DNA from: Macrostomum hystrix
Taxonomy: Eukaryota; Animalia; Platyhelminthes
DNA length: 64,000 nucleotides
Assembly: GCA_950097015.1 (NCBI GenBank)
Contig: CATNEN010000039.1
Location: forward strand, 6,076,001 to 6,140,000
Direction of reading: 5' to 3'
Numbering within the stretch: position 1 is the stretch's first letter; every line of letters begins with the position of its first letter. A program made the translations under genes and the position numbers. The notes under the pieces are model-generated. The model was given only the letters and a program-made list of their open reading frames with translations. It was not told the origin of the DNA and searched no databases. Positions 13,103 to 24,217 of this stretch are shown here, in pieces.

Positions 13103-13299
13103 ACTAGATCAGAGCAGGATTCAAATGAGAGACGATAAACTGTCAATTGTCTATCAATGTCATTTTAGTGCTTTTAAATATTTACAAATATTCCTTACTG
13201 TACACTACGTCGTCAGAAGATGCAACGCTTGTTTTAGGAATGTTTGAAATAACATGAATAAAAAAATATCTAGCGCACACATACAGACAAGAATTATAA

Positions 13300-14580
13300 A
13301 TTTTCGTGCATAGGGGCTCATGCATAGGTCCACATTGCTGATAGTCTCGTTATTGCTGATGCCCAGAGCAGATCGCATCAGCTGCCGGTGAGCTGCGTCG
13401 ATGGTGGCATCGAGGCAACCGCTTCAAGGCCATGGGCCAGCACAGATTCAACTGCTGCTTGGAACAAGGACAGCTTGAGCTGGTCGGCGGCCTCGGATCT
13501 GAAGATCGAGCGCAGGAGGTGCGTGGCGCGCCAGGCCATACACTTGCGTGTCTCCACCATCACGTCAGCGCTCATTACCGACACGCCCATGTAGCAGATG
13601 TCCTCGCAGACCTCCAAACGTGCGCCGTCCGGCAGCTAGAGTTCGTTCGGCAGCTAGACTTTCAGCACCTTGCTCTTGGTGGCGTTGATCTGCAGTTTAG
13701 CGCTCTCTAGCGCCAGGCAGGGCTCGCTGAGCCGCCTCGGGGTCACGGCACTGGAGCTGTCATCAACATACGCGAGGCAGCCGAGACGCACTTCTGGGTA
13801 GCGAGAGCTGCGCTTTGCAACATTGATGCTGTCATTTCGCTGGTGACCTGTCGCAACACGAAGTCAACCATAACCACAAAGAGGAAGGCAGACAGCGTGT
13901 CGCCTTGGTGGACTCCTGATGTCGTTTGGAATTCCTCAGTTTGGCCATCGCTGGTGTTGACGAAGGCCCGCGAGCCGCAATAAAAGCCTCGATGATCAAT
14001 GACGGCCTTGATGATCAGCGACGTTACTGTGAGAGATACAATTCAGACTACTGACAACAGTAGAAAAGCAAAGACTTGGATGCAAAACTCTCATATAACA
14101 CCAAAAAAGTATCGCCAAAAAATGGCAAGCAAACTTCCTTCTGTGCACACTAAGAGTGGTGGGAGAGGACGGCGTGTGGCTATGGCTGACTGACGAAGGC
14201 AAAACAAGCCAGAAGCCGGTCTTGGTCTGCCAGCGCGAGGTTCGTTCCCCACTTTTAGTGTGTTACAGTTACTACGTCGCTACTACGTTACTACGTTACT
14301 AGCGTGTTTGTCCAAGGACCCACATAAATCGAACCTCAGCGTTGGGCTCCTATCTTTAGATTGCTTGGGATCCATTCCCAATAGAGCCTACAGCGCCCTG
14401 ACTCAATTGAGTCTTAACTTCACACACAAGTCATTACACTAATGCCCATGAGATTATCGAGCGAGCTAGAGTTGCCTTTCTTGAGAATCGACACGATCTC
14501 CGACAGCTTCCACAGGTCAGGCGGCGATACCTCAGGGCTGCCTCCAAGGCAACATGGACTGGTTGAGGAACGATGTGATG
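13300..14580 (-). mobile_element. Degenerate LINE reverse transcriptase fragment, interrupted at about 14000-14300
   Basis: PPDLWKLSEIVSILKKGNSSSLDN (about 14520-14450), GVHQGDTLSAFLF (about 13920-13880) and CLAYVDD (about 13770), with frameshifts. Confidence 0.8.
14184..14227 (+). ncRNA. Degenerate type I hammerhead ribozyme-like motif (Penelope-type)
   Basis: GGCTGA-CTGACGA-A-GGC-AAAACAA-GCC-A-GAAG-CCGG-TC-TTGGTC: CUGANGA box, stem II, palindromic stem III, UC cleavage site and a G-U-rich stem I. GAAA is mutated to GAAG. Confidence 0.45.
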
Positions 14581-14917
14581 GTTGGAAAAAGTTCGGGCGT
14601 CTAATTTAGTGTCAATTTTTTATACCTTTAAATAATCGAAAAAGCACTACAAACAAATCAGTCCGGTACAAAAAGTACTACTATAGTAAATCAAACACTA
14701 TTTCCTGTCTTGACAATTTAGCAGTTTTGTTTCAAATAATTTTCAAGACAAACGCAATTACCTTTTTTATATGTTTTTCTTGCTTCCAAAAGCAATATTT
14801 TTTCGACCACGCCTTAAATTGTTCATTGAGTTTCCGAAATTTAACTTGGCTTCTTTAAATTTTTATTTTTGACCTATTTTCAGCACTTAATCGCTGATTG
14901 TCCCCAATAATCTCAAA

Positions 14918-17900
14918 ATGCCTATTTTCGGAAAGAAAAAGAAAGATTTGTCTAAAGAAAGTCCTACACATACTCAGCAACCTCGAGATGCCAGGCACAA
15001 TTCAAGTTCCGTTCAAAATAAACCGGGCGGTGGAGGTCCTCCTTCCAGTACAGGAAGTGGCGACAGCCCTGAGTCACAAAGACCTCGTTATAACTTTCAC
15101 TGTCAATTGGCTCACGGAAGCCCTACAGGAATAATCAGTGGATTTACAAATGTCAAAGAGCTGTACGCGAAAATAGCTGAATGCTATAATATCGAACCAT
15201 CTGAGGTTTGTGATTTAAATTTTTTTCTGCTACTTTGGTTTTGTATCATAGTATTGTGTATACCGAAAGAATGTTAAATTTTATTAATAGAAAACGCTAC
15301 AATTAAGTATATAATAACTTTTTCGGATGAGACAAGAAAGCCAAGAATAGCGGCTGGGGTCAAAAGGCCTCTTTCTTGGTCTGATTGTGACTATGGGTCA
15401 TTCTGAACTTGTCTTAAGTAATATCTATTATTATTTTATATGAACTTAGACAATTATATATTTGATTGTTGCTTTTTTCGTTTTATCTCATTTCATTGAT
15501 AATAATATAATCACTTGCAATATATTATTAGTGTTGACTCAAGGTCTTGGCCCTTAAATAATTTTAATAAAAGTCACTATATTTTTGAAAGCTCATTATA
15601 TAGCTTTTCAAAGCAAATATTATTACCTTGCTATCTAGTCTGCTTGAAAAAAAGCATGGGCCTACCAAATCTCTGATGAAATTTTTCGTTTGTTATCAAT
15701 TTTTTCTACCCATAGGACATTGAAAATTATTAATCACCTTTTGTTGTATGTAATCAAATTATCAATATTTATGAACTGATTTATGAATATTGAGGCCTTG
15801 AGGGTTGAAAAACAAAATATTTTTATTTGTATGATTTCATGTTAATACCATTCATGTAATTTAAGATCTTCCATTCAGTCTTTTGACCTTCCATCCAATA
15901 TTTTGATTGATGTGGCTTGTGAAGCATAATCAGTCCAAAGTTGCAGCAGTATAATAAGAAAGTTTACTTATTGAATTTTACTGTTAGTTAAAATAACTGT
16001 CTTGAATTTTCAATGAACCTTGACAGGCATATGAGTGAGATGGCAGTGATTCGCAGTGATCATGACTCACAACAAACCTCAAATCTGTGAACTCTTCATC
16101 AATGATTTGTGTTCATTTGCTTCTGTTTTTTGTTCATTAAATTTCTTTTGTTTACTTCAAAATCTGGCAAAGCTAGATGTTTTATGAGGCTTGAAGGCAG
16201 ATATAAAAAATCCAGCAATAAAAAATGTCTTTTTAAGCGCCATTAAGTAGTACTCGTATGTAAGAACTATTTTAAGCGTGTCAATTTTAAATTATGGAAA
16301 ATCGAAGTAGTCATAAACTTAGAGCAAAGTGCAAATAAAGATTTTTATCTGTACTCTAGCTTTTTTAACATGTTAATGTGTGATAGTATGCATTATGATA
16401 ATTCTAGCGGCTCTAGACTTCGTTTCAATTAAAATTTTGTTTTTTTTCCTCGAGTTTAGATAATATTCTGCACACTGAATACGCACAAGATCGACATGGA
16501 TCGGTTGCTGGGCGGCCAAATCGGCCTAGACGATTTCCTGTTCGCGCACGTCAAGGGCCAGCGGAAGGAGGTGGAAGTAGTCAAATCCGAGGACGCCCTG
16601 GGCCTCACCATCACCGACAACGGCGCCGGCTTCGCTTTCATCAAGCGAATCAAACCGGACTCGATTGTGGACCGAATTGAGCACATCCTGCCCGGAGACC
16701 ACATTGAGAAAATTGACGGCGAGAGCTTTGTTGGTGAGACTGACTGACTCACTGACTCACTGACTGACTCACTGACTGACTAATCTCATCCACCAAATCC
16801 TTTCGTTAGGCAAGAGGCACTTCGATGTCGCCAAACGCCTGAAGGAGATTCCTCGCGGTTCAACCTTTGTACTGCGCCTGATCAGTCCGGAGATGTCGCC
16901 CTACGCTAATTTGCAGCCGCGTGGCGGCTCGCGCGGTCACTCAGCCGGCGGCGGCCTCGGCAGTGGCAAGAAGACGATCCGGTTGAAGGCCAAGGTGAGT
17001 AGACCCGCAGCCAGCGAGGAGACAATTCTGCCCATTTCCCTGACTCCTGAACAGCACGCACGCACACTGATACTGTACACAGGTAGGGACTAACACAGGT
17101 GTTGTACATCTAACATTTGCTCTGACTTTCTCATCACCAGGCAGTGTACACTCGCACTGTGCTTTGGGGGTTGGCCTTTAAGGGCGTAAATTTTTGAAGC
17201 CCCTAAGTCTTCTCTCAGCAACTGCGCCCCAAACGAATGTGGCCTCGTCGCGGAATTGAGTTTAAGGACCTTTGTGCAAGAGGCAAACGGGCTAGACCGC
17301 TCTGCCACCTATCTATCCAATTTGTAACTGTTGTGTCCCGAGACGGGCCAGCCGGCTTCGCCTCTCGCTCAGGACGAGCAGGGAGGTTCAGCACTTCCGT
17401 CCTACTATGTGTCGGCCTACTGTCGCACTAGACGCACAGGCAGTAAGCCGGCTACCAAGGTCGCAACGAATGCACAGGCCCTGGTGACAAAGTCCTAGTG
17501 ACTGAACCCGAAAAGACAAAGGCAGAACGACACTTACGTAGGCTAGCAGTCTTGTTTGCGCTCGGGAGAGCTGGCTGAGTTGTTGTATTTTTTCTGGTAG
17601 GCGGTGGTTGGGGTGCTCAACAAAACAAACAGTCACGTCAGAGGGGGACGAGCGCGCGCACGCCAATAAATAAAACCTGCTCACCCAGGGTGAGCGGGGT
17701 AATACCCGATCACGGCTAAGCTGCAGGGTAGAGAGAGAAAGTAAGACAACTGGGCGAGCCGCGAACCAATGAGAGGGCAGGAACGGGAGATGACAATAAC
17801 AGGGGGGGGTACGCAAGCATTTTAGCTCAACCAATCAGACGCCAGGGGGTGAGAGAAATTGATAGGCAGGCAGGCGCAGAGCAAGAAAGGGGCAGGGGGG

Positions 17901-18462
17901 GCGACTCAAAGTGCAACGCGATAGTGAAAGTACATAGAAAAATACAGTACAGAGAAAACTATTAAATTACAACATAACCTAGAAAATTAAGAAATATTCA
18001 GTAAGTGGCTGCAGTATATCTAATTAATTTCGGGGTTTAGCTAGGATTTACGGCGGACTAGGAGGAATGTACACTGATCTATGAGTCTGTGTGATGAGCG
18101 GACACACTCCAAGACGCCAGTCAGCGCTTTCTGACATCCCGCTATCGCAGGGCGCAGCCGTGGAAGAGGACGCTCCAGACCAGGCGGTGGACGCGGCCAT
18201 CCAAGCCATCAACCGCCTGATTGAGGGCCTGCTGGGCATCTCGGATGCCGAGCTGGCGCAGAACATCTGGGAGCTCGGCCGCGAGATTGACAATCCGCAC
18301 GACTTTGCCCTGGCCGTTGACCGCGATCTCGGCGAGTTCGCCTTCCCGGACGGCCTCGTCTTCGACTTCTGGGGCGCTATCAGCGACGCCAAGGCCGGCC
18401 GGCTCAAATCGGTCGCAGCGGCAGCAGAGGGCGGCGCGGTGGAGTTCACGGAGGAGTTCTAG
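14918..18462 (+). CDS. GIPC: PDZ domain-containing protein GIPC (GH1-PDZ-GH2), about 352 aa
   Basis: Exons 14918-15205, 16460-16733, 16810-16994 and 18151-18462 in frame. Diagnostic [46 protein letters not shown] and [11 protein letters not shown]. Confidence 0.95.
16999..17320 (-). mobile_element. tRNA-derived SINE, family 2 (copy A, in GIPC intron 3)
   Basis: Homologous to copies at 20078, 21790, 23405 and 58205; A box TGGCAGAGCGG on the minus strand. Confidence 0.8.
17329..17974. mobile_element. Solo LTR (Gypsy-type), 646 bp
   Basis: TGTTGT...ACAACA termini with a perfect 4-bp TSD TAAC on both sides; internal AATAAA at about 17665. Confidence 0.7.
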
Positions 18463-18629
18463 CGACGCTGGCAAATCGTTTTCGTCGCAATGTTTTTGTT
18501 TGCCATTTCTAACTTTAGTTTCGAACGAAATTCACTTGGCTATTGTACTCAAAATAACTCCTGAGATATTAATTAATTTTTTCTGTAAATCTGCGCATAA
18601 AGGCTATTGACTGGAATAAAGCCGACTAC

Positions 18630-18866
18630 GGATGACTTGAGGGTCTGGGGTTCGAATCCCGAACCCACTGGAGCAATTTGAGTTCTTGCGTCAGTTCACT
18701 CACCCGTTCAATTGGTACAATTGAGGTTGGGTCTGGCGTACCCTCCAGTCCATGGACTGAAATTTAGTGTCTTGCCCAGGGAAGCAAATGCTTTTCCTTG
18801 GGCCAGGATTCGAACTCGCGAACTTAGGATTCCCTATTAGGATTCGGAATTCTAACCACCGAGCCT
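18630..18866. mobile_element. Two SINE family 1-like fragments in opposite orientation
   Basis: Plus-strand B box GGTTCGAATCC (18649). Minus-strand head GGCTCGGTGG...GAGTTCGAATCC followed by CORE-like CCTGGGCAAGACACT. Palindrome CAGTCCATGGACTG shared with the 32.1-kb copy. Confidence 0.65.
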
Positions 18867-19589
18867 TCCATAATCAATATAGTTTTTTGGGTAACTTTGG
18901 TAATCTGCGTTGTTTGATGTCGTTGATTGTGGATGGCATTGTGCCGTTTCTAGATCTTATCTTAATAGCTTCTACTACTACAAGTAGTGTATTTTTTCAG
19001 TTGAATGGTTATTTGTTAAGTTACGAAAATATTCCTATTAGAAAAGTTGTGATATTCTAGATCTACTTCTTACATTTTTTCTTGTTGCTCTCAAGCTTTC
19101 CTGGCTGTACTCATAGCAATGTTTTGCACCTTTGTGTCGTCTCATCCAGGCTTTGTTGTTGTATTTCTTATATAATCGCTGCGTAATTAGGGTAATGGAC
19201 ATGACGGAATTGACGTAATGACCTAATCTATTTTGTATTTGTCCTATTAATAAATACTGTTAATAGTTTGTTTGTCAGGGCTCCATGCTTGTCTGTCACT
19301 GTCAAAGCTAATTACTTGTAGTTTCTGCACTTCGTTATTAAATACTATAAAAACATTCCATTTATAAGAAGCTTTTCTTGTTTTTCTGAATGAAATCTGC
19401 ACAATTTCTAGCATTCCGATTGTACTTTTTATATAGTTTAAGTGCTCTTCAATATATTTTGCATAACGGACGGTTTCTAATACATGCACTATTATTATAA
19501 TTTCGCATTCGTCCTTAACCAATAGATGTCTTATGGCAAATACACAGTAACCTGTTTATTGAATAACAGTGCTACAAATGCTACAGTTC

Positions 19590-20020
19590 TGAAGTCATTC
19601 AGTTACTAGATGGAGTAGTTGTGACACTGAAGTCATGCTGGATGGAGTTGTTGTGACACTGAAGTCATGCTGGATGGAGTTGTTGTGACACTGAAGTCAT
19701 GCTGGATGGTGTAGCTGAGACACCGAAGTCATGCTGGATGGAGTAGCTGAGACACCGAAGTCATGCTGGATGGAGTAGCTGAGACACTGAAGTCATGCTG
19801 GATGGAGTAGCTGAGACACCGAAGTCATGCTGGATGGAGTAGCTGAGACACTGAAGTCATGCTGGATGGAGTAGCTGTGACACCGAAGTCATGCTGGATG
19901 GAGTAGCTGAGACACCGAAGTCATGCTGGATGGAGTAGCGGAGACACCGAAGTCATGCTGGATGGAGTAGCTGAGACACCGAAGTCATGCTGGATGGAGT
20001 AGCTGAGACACTGAAGTCAC
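19590..20020. repeat. 32-bp minisatellite (GAAGTCATGCTGGATGGAGTAGCTGAGACACC), about 13 copies
   Basis: Direct inspection. Confidence 0.95.
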
Positions 20021-20077
20021 TCACAGGTCATACTGTAGACTATATCCACATCTAACATGTACTTCAGGTGTTATATA

Positions 20078-20430
20078 ATATAATAAAAATTGCAGGAGGG
20101 CTGCGGGCAATGGTACATCATTTAGTGACACTAGACCCGCAGCCAGCGAGGTGGCAATTATTCCAATTCCGCTGACTCCTGCACACACGCACACAGATAC
20201 TGTACGCAGGCATACGCTCACACAAGTGTGTTCATCTGCCCTGACTTTCTCATCGTCAGGCTGTACAATTCACTGTGCCTTGGAGGTTGGTTTTCATAGG
20301 CGTAAATTGCTCGACAAGCCGCCATCCTTCTCTCTGCGGCTGCGTCCCAAATAAATGTGGCCCGACCGCAGAATCGAGCTCAGGGACCTTGGTGCGAGAG
20401 GCAAACGCGTTTCACCGCTCTGCTCCTCCA
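20078..20430 (-). mobile_element. SINE family 2 (copy B, near full length, ATT tail)
   Basis: Aligns along its length with the reverse complement of 21790-22142. Confidence 0.85.
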
Positions 20431-21057
20431 ATTCAGGTCTTAGCTGTGAAAGTTTCGTATGAAGGTTAACAGGCTTCACTTGAACCTGATTGGCTGGCCC
20501 TTTTGCTTGTTGTCTCTCTCTTCGCTCTCAGCCCTGTGTGGCTTCGCCCACCCCTTTTGTGCCAGTCAGCTCTATGCTACACTGCCCTCCCCTTCGCTCA
20601 TGTCACCCAGCACGCAGCCGCGTCCTTAACCCCATCCCGCTCGCGGATTGGCTGGCGGGTTTACTTCTTTATCTCACCCCCTCTACCCAGCACTGTCTCG
20701 AGTTAGATACGCGGCTATCGCATGTTTGCCCGCGTTTCTAAGCCGTAAAGGCAATATAAATTTTAGAAAAGCCGACACGTAAATTCGTTCGTACATTACA
20801 TAAGCTTTTTTCTCTGTCACTCATCTACTAACACGTCTAGTAACGAGTGGCAGTGCCATTTAATCTTACAGTTAAATTCAAGATACGAGGTGAGGATTAG
20901 CATTTTTAAGGACTACCAACCCCCGCAAGATTTAATGTTTTTTTAGTCTATTGAGTTTGTGTCTTCGAGTCTTTAAGATTTGACTCTGGAGTCTTAATCG
21001 CCACGTTTTTATTGTTTTTTCGGACGTCATGAGGATATTCAGGCCAAGTGATGTCTA

Positions 21058-24000
21058 TCAAACTTCATCAACATGAAGCATCAGCTGAATGGCTTGCAGA
21101 GACTTCCAGCTGTCCGAGCAGCTCCATATCATATTTGACGCGCCATCCACAGCCGAGTCGAAGTACAAACCGTTCGGGTTGCACCAAAGGCACGAGCCGA
21201 ACCACCAGCCGCCTCGGCCGCGGATCAGGGAGCAGGACTCGGAGGCTCTGATGTCGTTGTCTCTGTCCAGCGTTGAAAACATGCGACCATTGTGGACGCT
21301 GAGCGAGTCGCAGGTTGTATTCGAACTTGTAGCCAGGTAGGAGCTATAACTCATTCTGTAATTTTTGTCAGCACTGGCCACAATGAATCCGGAGTACTCG
21401 CAAACGTACAGGACATTCGACCAAGAGAGGGCCTCAACGCGGAGTAGCTTCGGTGTACTATTAGTCAGCTCGTGGATGGCTTCTAGACCTTGAATTTGAG
21501 GAATTATGGAAAAAAACTTAGTTTTTTAGTTTGGAATTTGGATATCGTGCATCATAGAGATAAGTGAAATTTATGGCACCCGAACGCACCAATCCAGAAG
21601 TTGATTTCGTCACCAAACCCGACTTGGTACTCGGCCCAATTGCGGGCGAAGCTCAAACTGCCCGATCGACGCTGTTGGATAACGCGGAATTTTCTGCTTT
21701 CAATTCGCTTGTGGATGATTGCGGCTGCAAGATTAAGAGAAATACAGAATGTTACTAGACTGAAGTGTAGAATGCATGGTATTGGTACGTGGGGTTAATG
21801 GCAGAGGGGTCAAATGCGTTTGCCTCTCGCACCAAGGTCCCTGAGCTCGATTCCGCGGTGGGGCCACATTCATTTAAGGCGCAGCCGCAGAAGGATGGCG
21901 GCTTGTCGAGCAATTTACGCTCTTGAAAGCCAAACTCCAAGGCACAGCGAAAGTGTACATTGCCTGACGATGAGAAAGTCAGGGCACACACTTGTGTGAG
22001 CGTGTGCCTGCGTACAGTATCTGTGTGCGTATGTGCTAGGAGACAGCGAAATGGGCAGAATTGCCTCCTCGCTGGCTGTGGGTCTACTGTCACCAAATGA
22101 TGCGCCATCGCCGCAGCCCTCCTGCAATTATTATTATTATAATGGTATAGGTAAGGGGTGTACGAGTCTACCGACCACCAGGTATCGGTATACACTAGGC
22201 AAAATTTAAAACACAACAACCTAACAAGAAGAAAAATCAACTCACTCAGACGAGTCAAAACACAGTCTATGGTTCAACTTGAGCTTCAGAAACGCGTTTA
22301 ACAATACTAGAATAAAAAATCAGCTAACCCAGAAGACTCAAAGCGCGTAGTCTATGGTTCAAAGTTCAAATCGAGCTTCTGAAACGCATGGAGCCTCCAC
22401 TCGCAAGTAACAATCCGTTGACTCGGCGTGGCATCCCCATAACAAGGCGTCGAAAATAAATCCTGCGGAATTTCTTGCCATAACATAGTAATCGCGTTTC
22501 GCAGTTCAGCGACTGTCTGCGGTGGATTCTGCCGTTGAACACTCCGCTTAATAAAATCCCAGACGTATTCAATTGGGTTCATATCAGGGGATCTCAAAGG
22601 CCATCGAAGAGTACGCAGGTGCAGCTGATCCCTGAGTTCGCTGAGAGCTGCTGCCAGTTGCGCCGGTGCATTATTATCCTGCAGTATGCAGTCTGCGACA
22701 CCACCGAAGTGGTTGTTAACAAAAGGGAGCGGATGCGTCTGCAGCAAACGAGCGTACTCATTGCTGTTCACGTTCGCGTCTAACGAAACCAGCTCGGTCC
22801 TGCCTCGCATTGAAATCCCTGCCCACACGTGTACGGAGGGTCCCTGCCCATCGCAGCTTTGCAGGTGCTGCTGAAGCTCTTGCCGTGGCTCGACTTCTCT
22901 GCCCACACATTCGCAGGAGCGTCGCAGGCAGTGCGCTGTTGTACTCGTACTTGTTGTTCTTGTGGCATATATTGTTACACGCATTTCTGAAGCTAAAGTT
23001 GAACCATAGACTATGTGTTTTGACTCGTCTGAGTGAGTCGATATTTTGTCTAGTTAGGGTGTTGCGTTTTAAATTTTGCAGTGTATACTAGGCCAAATTC
23101 ACAACTGAATGGCCATTCCTTACTGAATGGCTGCAGTTGTCGCTGATAGACAGAGCTGCCTGAAGCCAGATTGCTCAAGTTCGGATCCGAAGCCAGCCAG
23201 CAAAGTTGCCAGTCGGCAGAGAAGGCAACGACTGCGCAGCTGGTGAAGTCCATGGAGGCGCACTTCATTGCGCAGTCGACCTCAGTGCGGCCAGGTAAGG
23301 TCCACGTCGAGGCCGGATTATTAGCGACCGATGGCAAAGAAGGCCCAGACAGGAACACTGTGGAGGGATAATAATCACTAAGTGTAAGGCCCAGAGAACC
23401 TGTGTTAGTGTGTGCTCAGGAGTCAGCGGAATGGACAGAATTGCCTCTCGCTGGTTGCGGGTTGTCAGTGTTCAAAATGATGTGTCAGCTCCCATAGCTA
23501 CTCCTGCAAAAAATCTAACTATTTATGAAGCTATCAAGAAATGGGGCGAGAGGGGTCAGCGGCTAACGTCGCTGCCTCGCACTCCAAAGGACGCTAGTTC
23601 GATTCACCCTTCAGGTCACGATTAATTTCGGTACTTGTTGGGGGGGTTTGGACAGTAGCGACCGGCGGAGGTGCACCATATTTCGTGCAATCAAAGCTTG
23701 AAAAATAGCTTCGCTCCTACCTTTCTGTGTGCCTGTTCTGCGTTGTATGAGTTATGTGCGATGGCGCTGGGGCGTTAGACCTTGCGTGGGGTGGCTGGGG
23801 GGGCGGGTGTACACCGCCGCGCGCTCATCTGGATTTCCGTAAGCGCGATTGGATAAAGTGTACACTCGTCACCCGCCCCCCTGAGGACTGATTTCTATCA
23901 GCCTTCCGCCCCGGCTTGGTCTGCTCTGTGCGTGTGAGGGCCTGGGGTGAGAGGCACTCCGGCTGCCGCCCCCTTCCCCGCTTGGCTTGCTGCTGTGTGT

Positions 24001-24217
24001 GTGAGGTGCCTGCTCAGGGGAGGCGGCGCGATGGGCGGCTCTCGCCTAGTTCGCCGGCCTGGGGGCATGCCGTTCCTGTGTTTGTGCGTCAAGTGCCCCA
24101 GGTCCCCCTGCAAAGTAAGTAAGTAAGCTATCAAGAAATCTCACGTGTGGCACAGGCGCTGAGGATTCCAGCAGCGCAGACCATGGCTGCCATGAACACT
24201 GCAGTTCCGCAAAGCAT
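21058..24217 (-). CDS. Secreted PAN/Apple-like + fibrinogen C-terminal domain (FReD) protein, about 290 aa
   Basis: Exons 24217-24145 (signal peptide MLCGTAVFMAAMVCAAGILSACAT), 23357-23124 (DCAMKC...SCAVVAF...CWL), 21724-21590 (VIQQRRSGSLSFARNWAEYQVGFG) and 21488-21058 (GLEAIHELT...FSTLDRDND...GGWWFGSCLWCNPNG). All junctions are phase 1 and consistent. Confidence 0.88.
21790..22142 (+). mobile_element. SINE family 2 (copy C, near full length)
   Basis: A box TGGCAGAGGGG, B-box-like GAGCTCGATTCC and (ATT)n tail. Confidence 0.85.
22193..23083 (-). mobile_element. Internally deleted Tc1/mariner DNA transposon in FReD intron 2
   Basis: About 120-bp imperfect TIRs (CACT..GCAAAATTTAAAAC...GACGAGTCAAAACAC) and TA duplication. 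Transposase remnant VHVWAGIS...LQDNNAPA...WPLRSPDMNPIEYVW. Confidence 0.92.
23405..23512 (+). mobile_element. SINE family 2 3' fragment (copy D), followed by a tRNA-like head at about 23545-23615
   Basis: CAGGAGTCAGCGGAATGGACAGAATTGCCTCTCGCTGGTTGCGGG matches the family 3' region; GTTCGATTC B box at 23597. Confidence 0.65.

Noticed and set aside
19590-20020. 32-bp repeats as a possible CRISPR array
   Set aside because: Head-to-tail copies with no unique spacers, in a eukaryotic context with no cas genes.
20460-20750. Possible second LTR fragment (also 23640-24110)
   Set aside because: Only compositional resemblance to the solo LTR; no termini or TSD found.
21964-21982. CTGACGA-TGA-GAAA-GTC as a minimal hammerhead
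   Set aside because: No stem II or stem III; the CUGA box is tied up in a hairpin and is mutated in copy A.
22040-22125. HDV-like ribozyme in SINE family 2 (GCCTCCTCGCTGGC)
   Set aside because: P3/L3 match only. I found no upstream P1 partner, no correctly placed P1.1 GG and no J4/2-P2; simple hairpins explain the variation better.
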